Origin: an uncultured virus (IMG/VR IMGVR_UViG_3300031841_004526)
Taxonomy: Duplodnaviria > Heunggongvirae > Uroviricota > Caudoviricetes
Virus record (IMG/VR): IMGVR_UViG_3300031841_004526
Direction: 5' to 3' (one strand)
Length of the DNA stretch: 64,000 nucleotides
A program made the translations under genes and the position numbers. This document shows positions 16,215 to 26,242 of the stretch, one piece after another. The stretch's first letter is position 1; each line of letters begins with the position of its first letter. Under the pieces are notes generated by a model. That model made no database searches and was not told where the DNA came from. It saw nothing but the letters and a program-made list of their open reading frames with translations.

Positions 16215-19200
16215 ATGGTTTACGCAATAACTTTACAAACAAGTGATTCTGGAATAGATCCAGGAGAAAAGATAGGTATTATCGGATTCGCTGCTTCTAA
16301 TGATGACAGCGGATCTGATGCTATAACTATAGCAGCAAGCATTTATGCTGAAGCTGAAACGGAATTTACTGCTGCTTCAAATAAAACCGCTATAGTTTTT
16401 GCTTTATCTTCGTCTGGCAATAATGATATTTCAGAAAAAGTCAGAATCACTAGTGACGGATATCTTGGAATTAATAATAATTTACCATTATATGCATTAG
16501 ATGTTAATGGAAGTGGAAATTTTAGTGGTAGCGTAACTGCTACAAGCTTAATAAAATCCGGTGGAACTTCTTCTCAGTTCTTAAAGGCAGATGGTTCCGT
16601 TGATGGAAGCACTTATGCAAAATCAGCTGGATCAGCATATCATGTAGCTTGGTTTCAAGGTACTGGCGGTGGCAATGACATAACTTATTATGGTAGCGAC
16701 ACAAAGGATAATATCTATGTCAGTACTGACATATATTTTCAGTCTAAGTACGGCATGAGATTTCTTACCGATACTAACTTTATTAGTGGAACTGAGCGAC
16801 TACACCTTGATACTTCTGAGGCTGTTTTTAACGATGGTGGAAATAATTATGACTTCAGAGTAGAAGGCGATACTGATAGTGACCTATTATTTGTAGACGC
16901 AAACCTAGACATTGTTCAAATTGGCAAGCTAAATATTAATGGTGCGTTTACATTTCCAACGGTAGATGGCTCTTCTGGTCAGTCTTTAGTTACAGACGGT
17001 GCTGGAAATGTTAGCTGGAGTGGTGTTAGCGGCGGCGGCACAGACACTAACGACTACGTTGATTCCATAAGCTTTAACACATCAGACGGCGTTTTGACAC
17101 TTGGTAGAACTGGAGCTTTATCTGATCTAACCGTTGATTTAGATGGTAGATACCTAGAAGCCCACCCCTCAACCTCTCCCGCCTCTTCGTCGGACAATAG
17201 TGGAAGAACATACATACAAGATATTTTATTAGATAGTTATGGTCATGTCACCGGGATAGCTACTGCCACGGAAACTGTAACTGATACTACTTATACCGAT
17301 GGAAGTGGCTTGTCATTAGTTGGTACTACATTCCACGCCAATGTGGATAGTACTACTCAGTCTGTAGCCCCCAACTCCGTTAGCTCAACGGCTAGCAGAA
17401 CATACGCTGTACAAGTTGATTCTAGCGATAAACTTGTAGTTAATGTTCCTTGGGTTGACACCGATACAAACATATCTTTATCTGGAAATCTCGTTGGTGA
17501 CTTAAATCTAAACAACTACGACATAGTTGGTACTGGCAACATTACAATAGACGGCAACATTACCGCAGAATATTTTTACGGAGATCTTGACGGCGTAGTT
17601 GTCACAGAATGTAGAAATGGAACAGCAAGCACAATTTCTGAAGGAACTCCCGTTTATGTTTCTGGATATTACTCTGCAAATGGAAAGCCCCTCATTGCAG
17701 AAGCAAATGCTAGTAGTTCATCTACCATGCCAGCTATTGGCCTATTAGCTTCTGATCTAGCTTCTGGCGCAGAGGGCCATGTTCATGTGTTTGGTCTGGC
17801 GCAGAATTTACCATCCGGTGTTACTAATGGCTTCAGCGTTGGCGAAACTGTGTACGTTGCGGCTGGAGGCGGGCTGACAAATGTTCGCCCCACTGGAGTC
17901 TCTGAATTAGTACAGAACATGGGGCGTGTTCTCAAAACTGGCACTAATGGTAGGATACTTGTCCTTGGTCCCGGTAGATCAAATGATGTTCCTAATAGTG
18001 GACATTTTGAACAGCTTACCGTTGACGAAGCATCTAATTTCTTATCAACTATATATGCTCCTAATATTGGTGCTGGTGAAGATAATAGCGTTGTTGTTTT
18101 AGATAGTGATGGAAAATTAAGAACAGATGAAATTGATTCTAGAGTGTGGGGAAGTTCCTTGGTAGATGGAAATGGCACAGCAAACTATCTGCCAAAATGG
18201 AGCGATACAGACACTTTAACGAACAGTGTTATTTATGATAATGGAACGAATGTTGGTATTGGAACGGCTTCGCCAGCAACAAAGTTGCATATTGAAAGTC
18301 CAACGGATGTTTCCTATGGAAACCTTTTCATTCATGATACAACCTCTATGGCCGCTGGTGTTGGTGGCTCTATTTGTTTTGGTGGGAAATACACAACAGC
18401 TGGAGCTACTGCTAGACTTGGCGTAATCAAAGCAGAAAAAGAAAATTCTACTGACGGAAATAGCCTGTCATCTCTTGTCTTTATGACAAATGATCAAGCT
18501 GGAACATTTGTTGAAGAAAGAATGAGAATTACTAGTGATGGTAAAGTTGGTATTGGAACGGCTACACCACAAGCAAAACTAGACGTTAACGGAGTCGCTC
18601 TTTTCGGAACAACCGCTGGAAGCAACACCGTTTATTATGCTGCTGGTCAAGGTTTAGATCTCGTAAAGTCTACAGATTCTACTGACGGTTTACATTTTGG
18701 TGATAAAGCGTACTTAATAAGCAGTGCGTACCAAGGAATTAAGCACCTTGGCATGACAGGCTCTGGTGATTACATGATGATGAGTGAAGGCTTGCACACT
18801 CTTATTAGCGCTAAAGCTACTACTGGCTCTGTTTGGATTAGAGGTGGCGGTAATTACTCTGCTAATCAAATTAAAGTATATCCATCCATTATGCCAAACG
18901 GCGCTTCTGTTGAAATAGATGGCACAAATACCTCAGAAATTGTTGTTAATCAACTTGGTAACAATGTTGATTTTAGAGTAGAAGGTGATTCTGATACTCA
19001 CCTATTATTTGCTGATGCTAGCTCTGACAGGGCTGGTATAGGAACAAACGCTCCAAATGGTAAGCTCGGCGTTTATCATACACTAACCAAAAATACTACT
19101 GGTCCTTCTTATGAGCATGGAATACATAACAGCGCTAATCATTACACAACTGGGAATGGCACGAATTATTCTTGGGGTCAAACCACAGATATCAGAAAAC

Positions 19201-20492
19201 ATGTAGCAAGCGGTGTTACTGATACTGGATATGTGATGGGTACTGACTTTATAGCAGTTTTATCAGACGAAGGTTCTTTAGGCAGTTCATTTGGCTTAAG
19301 AACTTATGCTGGTATTAATAACCAGAGTGATAACGGAACGCTTACCGCAGCATATGGAATTCAGTCTAGAGTTATTAATTTTGGGCAAGGTACGGCCAAT
19401 ATTAACACAGCCCGTGGTATTGATGTTTATATACAGGGCGATCTTGGCAATGCTGGAAATGGGAAAATAACAACCGCCTACGGCTTATATGTTAATCCTC
19501 TTTATAATGTAACAACAATCTCTTACGGTTTGTATATTGCCCCTATGGTTAACACCACAACTAACAGGTACGGAGTTTATCAAAACGGATCTAATGATAC
19601 TAATGTTTTTATGGGAAATGTTGGGATTGGGACAAACGATCCTTCTTCTCCGCTCACAGTTGCCGCATCTAATGAAGAAGGCATAAGAATACATACCGAC
19701 AGCGCACCGTCTCAAAATTTTATAATAGGTAGAAATACTTCGAATGGAACTCTTGTATTCAAAGGTTCTCAAAGCGACTTTAGTGCTTATGAGTTTAGAT
19801 CAACAATTGGCGGGTCTTCACAAACTGTTTTACAAACAGATAGACTAACTGGAGCCATTACATTCAATGATGAGTTTACTTTCCCAACCACAGACGGCTC
19901 TGGTAATCAAGCTATAATTACCGATGGTAATGGAAATCTTTCATGGCAGAGTGTATTGCTTGATAATGACCTAAATGCTAGCATGGAAGCTGGTGATGGT
20001 ATTACCTTAGTATATGATAGCGGCACTTCTATCCTAGCTATTGGTTTGAATCCTACGGGCGTTTTTGATAGCCTTAGTATTAATAATGAATTTACTTTCC
20101 CAACAACAGATGGTTCTGCTGATCAAGTGCTTGTAACAAATGGAAGCGGTGTTATTACTTGGCAAAATCAATCGGTAGGAGCTGCTTCTGCTACAGCTTG
20201 GGGAAGTTACAACGGCAGTACCAACGCTAGAAATCAGGAATATAATGTTAGTAGCATAACAGATAATGGAGGTGCTGGCCAACATACCATCAATCTTTCT
20301 ATTACAATGAGTAGTACTGATTATTGTGTTGTGGCTAATGAATATCATCAGCTTAACTGGACTTTTGGTACTAGCGCAACCATTGCTACTAGGAGTACAA
20401 CTAGTTTCCAAATTTGGACCGGAGGCATAAATGGAACAACAAATAGTGAGTTTGATTCTCCATATGTAGCATACGCCGTGTTCGGTAGTTAG
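16215..20492 (+). CDS. long fibre protein (1425 aa)
   Basis: Repeated VGIGT..P, FTFPT.DGS and DFRVEGD modules; C-terminal YNVSSITDNG domain. Confidence 0.8.
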   Translation: MVYAITLQTSDSGIDPGEKIGIIGFAASNDDSGSDAITIAASIYAEAETEFTAASNKTAIVFALSSSGNNDISEKVRITSDGYLGINNNLPLYALDVNGSGNFSGSVTATSLIKSGGTSSQFLKADGSVDGSTYAKSAGSAYHVAWFQGTGGGNDITYYGSDTKDNIYVSTDIYFQSKYGMRFLTDTNFISGTERLHLDTSEAVFNDGGNNYDFRVEGDTDSDLLFVDANLDIVQIGKLNINGAFTFPTVDGSSGQSLVTDGAGNVSWSGVSGGGTDTNDYVDSISFNTSDGVLTLGRTGALSDLTVDLDGRYLEAHPSTSPASSSDNSGRTYIQDILLDSYGHVTGIATATETVTDTTYTDGSGLSLVGTTFHANVDSTTQSVAPNSVSSTASRTYAVQVDSSDKLVVNVPWVDTDTNISLSGNLVGDLNLNNYDIVGTGNITIDGNITAEYFYGDLDGVVVTECRNGTASTISEGTPVYVSGYYSANGKPLIAEANASSSSTMPAIGLLASDLASGAEGHVHVFGLAQNLPSGVTNGFSVGETVYVAAGGGLTNVRPTGVSELVQNMGRVLKTGTNGRILVLGPGRSNDVPNSGHFEQLTVDEASNFLSTIYAPNIGAGEDNSVVVLDSDGKLRTDEIDSRVWGSSLVDGNGTANYLPKWSDTDTLTNSVIYDNGTNVGIGTASPATKLHIESPTDVSYGNLFIHDTTSMAAGVGGSICFGGKYTTAGATARLGVIKAEKENSTDGNSLSSLVFMTNDQAGTFVEERMRITSDGKVGIGTATPQAKLDVNGVALFGTTAGSNTVYYAAGQGLDLVKSTDSTDGLHFGDKAYLISSAYQGIKHLGMTGSGDYMMMSEGLHTLISAKATTGSVWIRGGGNYSANQIKVYPSIMPNGASVEIDGTNTSEIVVNQLGNNVDFRVEGDSDTHLLFADASSDRAGIGTNAPNGKLGVYHTLTKNTTGPSYEHGIHNSANHYTTGNGTNYSWGQTTDIRKHVASGVTDTGYVMGTDFIAVLSDEGSLGSSFGLRTYAGINNQSDNGTLTAAYGIQSRVINFGQGTANINTARGIDVYIQGDLGNAGNGKITTAYGLYVNPLYNVTTISYGLYIAPMVNTTTNRYGVYQNGSNDTNVFMGNVGIGTNDPSSPLTVAASNEEGIRIHTDSAPSQNFIIGRNTSNGTLVFKGSQSDFSAYEFRSTIGGSSQTVLQTDRLTGAITFNDEFTFPTTDGSGNQAIITDGNGNLSWQSVLLDNDLNASMEAGDGITLVYDSGTSILAIGLNPTGVFDSLSINNEFTFPTTDGSADQVLVTNGSGVITWQNQSVGAASATAWGSYNGSTNARNQEYNVSSITDNGGAGQHTINLSITMSSTDYCVVANEYHQLNWTFGTSATIATRSTTSFQIWTGGINGTTNSEFDSPYVAYAVFGS

Positions 20493-20500
20493 GAGTCAAA

Positions 20501-20740
20501 ATGAAAAAGATTATATATCCAGAAAATGAAACAATAGCCATAGTTCATCCGTCTTTAAGTTGTCCACTTACTGTAGAGCAAATAGCTCAAAAAGATGTCC
20601 CAAGCGGAGTACCGTATTTAATAATAGAAGAAGAACTATTACCAGAAGACAGAACATTTCGATATGCTTGGACGGCAGATTTTTCAAATCCAGACGGCTA
20701 TGGTATAGGCGCAGAAGAATGGTTTAGGAGGAATCCATGA
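20501..20740 (+). CDS. fibre assembly/chaperone-like protein
   Basis: IA.KDVP.G.PY.I.....P.DRTFR.AW motif directly after the fibre. Confidence 0.6.
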   Translation: MKKIIYPENETIAIVHPSLSCPLTVEQIAQKDVPSGVPYLIIEEELLPEDRTFRYAWTADFSNPDGYGIGAEEWFRRNP

Positions 20741-20997
20741 TAAGTATTGATATGAAAAAAGCCAGAGACATATGGAGAGACAACTTGCGATTGGAAAGAT
20801 CGCCAGTTCTAGAGTCATTAGATCTAGAGTTCATTAGAGCTTTAGAGTCTGGAAATACTGAGCAGCAAGAAAAAATAAAAAAACAAAAACAAGACTTGAG
20901 GGATGTTCCAGCAGATCCCCGAATAGAAAAAGCGCAAACAGCAGAAGATTTAAAACAACTTAAGCTAGTAGATGAAATAATTACCATTATCAAATAA
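20737..20997 (+). CDS. fibre assembly chaperone-like protein
   Basis: LR.ER.P.L..LD.EF.RALE...KQ.LRD.P. Confidence 0.6.
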   Translation: MISIDMKKARDIWRDNLRLERSPVLESLDLEFIRALESGNTEQQEKIKKQKQDLRDVPADPRIEKAQTAEDLKQLKLVDEIITIIK

Positions 20998-21007
20998 GGA
21001 GAATATT

Positions 21008-21325
21008 ATGGCAGATTTACCAATTTTAGATGCAGTTAATCCAGAAGTGATTCCTGCTAAAACTTACGACAGGGTGTGGATCGAAGAGGTCGTTATTCGC
21101 GCCCCTGACCCAAACGGCGACATCTTGGGTGAGGTCAAGCTTCGCAAATATGGTATTTTTGACGGCATTGCTGAATTTGAACCCGGAAACGGACAGTGGA
21201 TTCGCGTAGAAAACATGCTACAAAAAGCTGATACAGACGCTACTCTCCAGACAGCCATGACGGCCCTAATCGGCTATGTTATGCAAGTTGGCGTTGAGAA
21301 TAATGTTATCACACCACCACAATAA
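21008..21325 (+). CDS. hypothetical protein
   Basis: AGGAG RBS; 105 aa. Confidence 0.65.
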   Translation: MADLPILDAVNPEVIPAKTYDRVWIEEVVIRAPDPNGDILGEVKLRKYGIFDGIAEFEPGNGQWIRVENMLQKADTDATLQTAMTALIGYVMQVGVENNVITPPQ

Positions 21326-21343
21326 ACAATCTAAGGAGATAAT

Positions 21344-21874
21344 ATGACGAACTATTTCCCACCAGAGCCAGATGGCAATCAAATTTATACCGCAGAATCT
21401 GGCACTGTTGTTAAGGTAAGAAAAGAAGGATCAAATTACAAAATTGCCAAACTTCCAAAACCCACAACTGGAAATATCGCTTTAACAGCAACTCCGAATG
21501 GTTCCATTGGTTACAGCATAAATTATGAATACAGTGATACTACACGATTAAGGAATGACACAACACAGCCTGACTTATCTGAGGTATTACCAGCTCTTAA
21601 TCCAACATTAGAAATATATAATACAGATATATTCAGTATTAAAGTCAATTTAGAAAATACTACCAATAGTTCTTTTCCATTAACTATATCCAGCAATTCG
21701 ATTTACCCATTAAGTGGTATCACTGTTGGCTCATTATTTAACAATAGCGCAACATCAGGAGAATATGTTAAGTGGTATCCTGGCGTTGAGGCTTCTGGTA
21801 CATTTTATTATGTATTTTCTGACTCACCTCAATTTACTATGGGTGGCACAATCACAGTAATACCTGCACCATAA
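21344..21874 (+). CDS. hypothetical virion protein with a cupredoxin-like C-terminus
   Basis: NPTLEI...GTFYY...MGGTITV; AGGAG RBS. Confidence 0.55.
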   Translation: MTNYFPPEPDGNQIYTAESGTVVKVRKEGSNYKIAKLPKPTTGNIALTATPNGSIGYSINYEYSDTTRLRNDTTQPDLSEVLPALNPTLEIYNTDIFSIKVNLENTTNSSFPLTISSNSIYPLSGITVGSLFNNSATSGEYVKWYPGVEASGTFYYVFSDSPQFTMGGTITVIPAP

Positions 21875-21875
21875 T

Positions 21876-21883
21876 GGTGTATT
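21876..21883 (+). promoter_or_regulatory. putative late promoter motif GGTGTATT
   Basis: Intergenic, before the neck genes. Confidence 0.55.
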
Positions 21884-21926
21884 TAATAATATTAGCAATT
21901 TTAACCTTTTAAAGATGGAATAAATT

Positions 21927-22448
21927 ATGTCCTGGATACTAGAAATTCCTATAATTGTACGCACTTGGATTAACGACTTATCCGACAATCCTACATATAG
22001 TGATGACCGACTCCAGCAAGTTATCATTGTGGCTGGTCAGTATGTAACTAGAGAAATTAATCTAGACACAAAATATACTTGTGATGTTATTAATCTAACT
22101 ATTACTCCTGATCCTTCATTAAGCAAAACTCGTGATGAAGCCTTTATTAGTTTTGTGGCATTAAAATCAGCATGTATTCTTGACCAGAGTACTTTCAGAA
22201 CTAAAGCAGCTTCTGAAGGAGTTAGGGCAGGATTGGGTTCTGCTAATATTTCTGTGGCTGGTAATTTAAAAGGCTATAAAGACATACTAGACACAGGCCC
22301 TTGTAAAATGTACGAAAAGCTTCGTATGGAATATGAGATTGGTAATGCTAACGGTATTAAGGCTGTTCTTAGTCCCTTCGTGGGCAATAACTTTGATGCT
22401 AGATATATTAATAGAGAGTACGCAAGATATAGAGACTTTTATTCATGA
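21927..22448 (+). CDS. putative head-tail adaptor
   Basis: VR..I.D.....YSD..L N-terminus; position. Confidence 0.6.
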   Translation: MSWILEIPIIVRTWINDLSDNPTYSDDRLQQVIIVAGQYVTREINLDTKYTCDVINLTITPDPSLSKTRDEAFISFVALKSACILDQSTFRTKAASEGVRAGLGSANISVAGNLKGYKDILDTGPCKMYEKLRMEYEIGNANGIKAVLSPFVGNNFDARYINREYARYRDFYS

Positions 22449-23644
22449 TAGATTATAGCTCTTTAAAATCTATTTATAATGACGCAATAGACGGATTACT
22501 ATCTGCTAATGGACTAACTGTTCCGTGTTCTATCGTATATGAAGATCCTAATGGTGAAGATTGCCCTAATTGTGTAGTTAATCCTATTACTGGCAGATCT
22601 AGTTTTGCACACACCGATCCTGCTGAAACCATAACCATAATATCAAGCGGTAGCGGAATTCCTAGTAAAAGCTTGACAGATATCTATGTTTTGTATATGA
22701 GCGAAAATTCTAATTTGGTTGCTAATATAGATACGGCATATAGCTCTTTTAGGTCTTCGTTTCCAGATGTTTTAATGTTTGTTTTAGATATGGCCGTGCC
22801 TTCTGGTGAAATTGAAATACAATATCCTGTCGGATTTGCTACTGATGATAAATGCTTTTCTAGCCGATTAGATCTATCTACATATATTTATCGTGATAGT
22901 GGCAATGCTTCTTTAGCTACAGATTCATACCAACTTTTATTAAATATGATTAATGATCCTGGAGTTCCTTCTGATGTTGTTAATTTATTCGATAATGCTA
23001 ATAGCGTCCTAGTAGCTTTTGACGCTAGCAGCAGCGCTAATGCCCCCAATTCCATCCAGGCTACTGCTGATAATCTTATTACAGACTTAGAAAATAATGG
23101 CATAACAACGAGAACTGTATCCGTATACCAAGAAGAACTTTTTTGTCCATACATAGCAAATTCTTGTATTGACACTAATGATCCTTTAATTTCTGGTTTT
23201 TATACCTCCTGCACACAAAATGTTGGCTGGCCATTAGGTGGTTGGCTTTGCACAGATACAGAACCTCCCACTGAAACCATTACGGTTACCCAGCCACCCT
23301 ATGCAACTTCTGGTAATTTGGTTTGGTTCCCAGAAGGCTCAATATGTCCGATTTGTAATGGTCAGGGCGTTTTAAGCAAAACCTCAACCGAAACGCAAAA
23401 TCTTGCAGTTATTTTTGACTCCAAAAAGTTTATCAACTTTGGTAATGTCAATGTGCCTGTAGGAGATATACAAATCATATGTCCAATTACCCTATATCCG
23501 CAGCTTGCCTCAGCTAGTTATATTACTGTAGATACCAACATCAGTTCATATGCACAGCACAAATATACTCGGATATCAGATCCGCAACCTGTTGGTTTGG
23601 GTGATAATCGTTATATATTCAGCAATTGGGAAAGAAGCTCATAA
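22445..23644 (+). CDS. putative head-closure protein with an internal ~216-aa insertion
   Basis: CPNC and CPIC halves separated by a segment flanked by CTGAAACCAT direct repeats. Confidence 0.5.
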   Translation: MIDYSSLKSIYNDAIDGLLSANGLTVPCSIVYEDPNGEDCPNCVVNPITGRSSFAHTDPAETITIISSGSGIPSKSLTDIYVLYMSENSNLVANIDTAYSSFRSSFPDVLMFVLDMAVPSGEIEIQYPVGFATDDKCFSSRLDLSTYIYRDSGNASLATDSYQLLLNMINDPGVPSDVVNLFDNANSVLVAFDASSSANAPNSIQATADNLITDLENNGITTRTVSVYQEELFCPYIANSCIDTNDPLISGFYTSCTQNVGWPLGGWLCTDTEPPTETITVTQPPYATSGNLVWFPEGSICPICNGQGVLSKTSTETQNLAVIFDSKKFINFGNVNVPVGDIQIICPITLYPQLASASYITVDTNISSYAQHKYTRISDPQPVGLGDNRYIFSNWERSS

Positions 23645-24279
23645 TGCGTTTTACTACTAAGCTTTTGGAATCAGATAGCGAGATTGCAAGCCTTATTTTA
23701 AAATCTATATTAGGTGATGCAAAAAATTACTTCAGAAAACTTGGACCTAAATTACAACCTGAAATTCAACGTATAGTTAAAACAGCAATTACAAACAGCT
23801 TAGAATATCAATCTATTGTTTCTGGTAAATTACGACAACATTTTGGACTTCCTGATGGATCATCTAGACTATCTCAAATAATGGCCCTATGGGAAAGAAT
23901 ACAGGTAGAAACAAAACCTCCTAAAATTAAAGGCAGTCAAATTGGTGCATCTATAGAAATAGTAATGATCAAGGCTGACTATTCAGATGTGCTCAATTTA
24001 CCAGCAAGTGTTTTGGTTACTGAAACAGGAGAGCAGCTAGAGTGGTTAAATTGGCTACTTCTTGCTGGAGACAAAACTATTATACGAGATTATGAAATCG
24101 TGATTGGCCCAAGCAAATATTCTCGTACAGGTGATGCAATAATGAAAAAGAAAGTTTCTGGAAAATGGAAAGTACCTTCTGAGTTTTCTGGAACCTCTAA
24201 GAGTAATTGGATTACTCGTGTATTAGATAGTGTGAGTTCTGATATTGATAATGCTATAGAAAAAGCGGTTAAACTATGA
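23644..24279 (+). CDS. neck/tail-completion-like protein
   Basis: TAATG coupling; position. Confidence 0.5.
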   Translation: MRFTTKLLESDSEIASLILKSILGDAKNYFRKLGPKLQPEIQRIVKTAITNSLEYQSIVSGKLRQHFGLPDGSSRLSQIMALWERIQVETKPPKIKGSQIGASIEIVMIKADYSDVLNLPASVLVTETGEQLEWLNWLLLAGDKTIIRDYEIVIGPSKYSRTGDAIMKKKVSGKWKVPSEFSGTSKSNWITRVLDSVSSDIDNAIEKAVKL

Positions 24280-25223
24280 ATACATTTTATGGTGTTAAAA
24301 AAGTTGGTCAAAATTTTCTGATCAATCAACTTGAAATCAATATGAAGTCATTTCTGGAATGGGGCTTTTTGAATGCTGGTGGGTTCGTAAATGTGCATAG
24401 ATCCATCCAGAACGTCCATGCAAACAGCTTATTTAAATTATACCCTATAGAGGACCCTAATTTTAATAACGGCCAAATATGGCAAACAGCGCATAAAGGA
24501 TGGGTATACGAAAGCGGGATTGTTAATGATGGTGTATCTCCCATACCTATTAGTGGTATTTATATTGGTAATGATTTTTACGATACCAATACCACAGGAG
24601 ACTATCAATATAGTGTTGACTATAAAAATAGCAGAATTATTTTCAACAAAAAATTATCTACCAGATCTAATATCACCATGAGTCATAGCTATAAATGGGT
24701 ACAGATCTACAACTATACTGATGCTAAATGGTGGCAGCAACTACAATATAATACAGATAGCAATTCCACACATCTAAATCAAACAGACAAGGGAGACTTC
24801 CACCTATCTGCTAAAAATAGAGTACAATTACCTGCTATTATAATAGAAACTGTAGCAAGAGGTACTGCTGATCCTTTCCAACTAGGAGATAAATCACTGA
24901 GAATTACTCAAGATTTCCTTTTTCATATTGTGGCAGATAATTACGACGACCGCAATAACCTGATAGATATACTAAGATTGCAGGAAGATAAAGTATTAAC
25001 CTTTTACGATGTAGATAAAGTGGTTAAAAACCAAATTCACCCGATTAATTATGATGGCACATTAAATCCAAATAGAGTTAATTATGATCTTATAGTTGGA
25101 GATTCTTCATACACTTGGCGCACTTGCAGATTAAAAGACATGATAGTTTCAGAGGTCCAATCTGTAAATTCTGAACTTTATGAGGCGAACATCAGGACTT
25201 CTGCTGAAATTATAATAGTTTAA
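24276..25223 (+). CDS. tail terminator-like protein
   Basis: LPAIIIE motif; directly precedes the tail tube. Confidence 0.5.
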   Translation: MNTFYGVKKVGQNFLINQLEINMKSFLEWGFLNAGGFVNVHRSIQNVHANSLFKLYPIEDPNFNNGQIWQTAHKGWVYESGIVNDGVSPIPISGIYIGNDFYDTNTTGDYQYSVDYKNSRIIFNKKLSTRSNITMSHSYKWVQIYNYTDAKWWQQLQYNTDSNSTHLNQTDKGDFHLSAKNRVQLPAIIIETVARGTADPFQLGDKSLRITQDFLFHIVADNYDDRNNLIDILRLQEDKVLTFYDVDKVVKNQIHPINYDGTLNPNRVNYDLIVGDSSYTWRTCRLKDMIVSEVQSVNSELYEANIRTSAEIIIV

Positions 25224-25230
25224 AAAAAAT

Positions 25231-25240
25231 GGTGTATAAT
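25231..25240 (+). promoter_or_regulatory. putative late promoter motif GGTGTATAAT
   Basis: Intergenic, before the tail tube gene. Confidence 0.6.
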
Positions 25241-25279
25241 TCAATAACGTCTACCTTTTAACAAATTCGGAGATATAAA

Positions 25280-26215
25280 ATGTCAAATCGTATTTTTTAC
25301 GCATCGCAGGGCGTATCAGTGGGCAAAAGTGGTACTGCCAACACTGTACAAGGTGCCCAAAGTGTTACTATGAACACTAATTACAATCTTGAGCAAGTTT
25401 TCCAACTCGGTAGACTTGAAGTTTATGATAATGTTGTTGGAGATCCTAGTGTTGAAGTTGGTATTACTAAAGTATTAGATGGTAAGCCATTAATCTATAA
25501 TCTTGCTTGTGGCTCTGGTAGTATTCAGCAAACCGCAAATGTGGAAAGTACTGTCGAATTTGCTGTTGGCGCAGACACTGTAGAAAATATTGGCGATAAT
25601 GGAAATATTACTACAATTACTTGCGATCCTATTTACTTACAATCATTAACTTATACATTCCCTGTGGACGGTGATTTTACAGAAGAAGTTAATTTTGTTG
25701 GCATTAGTAAAACTGTTGCAACAGCTGCTGCGCCCGCTACTCCAACTGCAGGTAGTGATAGTACCCAGACTGTTCTTAGACGACAAAACTTTAAAGTTGA
25801 TGGCTTACCAGTTGCTGTTTCTGGAGCTAATGTACAAAGCATTACTATTAGTGCTGACCTTGGTCGTGAAAGTATTTACAAACTTGGTCAGTTTAAAGAA
25901 TTTCATCGTTATGTTAACTTCCCACTTGAAATTAGCTTAGAGATTGAAGTTTTAGCTACAGATCTTGATAATTTGGCAGTTGATGTTGATAATCTAGGTT
26001 GTAGTGGGTTAAATCTGGGTAGCGAAGCTGTTACATTGAATCTTTGTGCTCCTAGTGGTGGAAATTCAACAGTTTATAGCTTTGATCTTGGAGATAAAGT
26101 TTCGTTAACTAGCGTAGCATTTAATGGTGGAGATACTGGTGGTGGTAATGCAACTTTAACTTACAGTTATATTGCATACAATACCTTTACTCCTGCTGGC
26201 CCAGCAGTTACGTAA
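25280..26215 (+). CDS. major tail (tube) protein
   Basis: GAQSV.MNT.YNLEQVFQLG beta-rich pattern; GGAG RBS and own promoter. Confidence 0.7.
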   Translation: MSNRIFYASQGVSVGKSGTANTVQGAQSVTMNTNYNLEQVFQLGRLEVYDNVVGDPSVEVGITKVLDGKPLIYNLACGSGSIQQTANVESTVEFAVGADTVENIGDNGNITTITCDPIYLQSLTYTFPVDGDFTEEVNFVGISKTVATAAAPATPTAGSDSTQTVLRRQNFKVDGLPVAVSGANVQSITISADLGRESIYKLGQFKEFHRYVNFPLEISLEIEVLATDLDNLAVDVDNLGCSGLNLGSEAVTLNLCAPSGGNSTVYSFDLGDKVSLTSVAFNGGDTGGGNATLTYSYIAYNTFTPAGPAVT

Positions 26216-26242
26216 TCACATGATGCAATTAGGAAATGGTGA

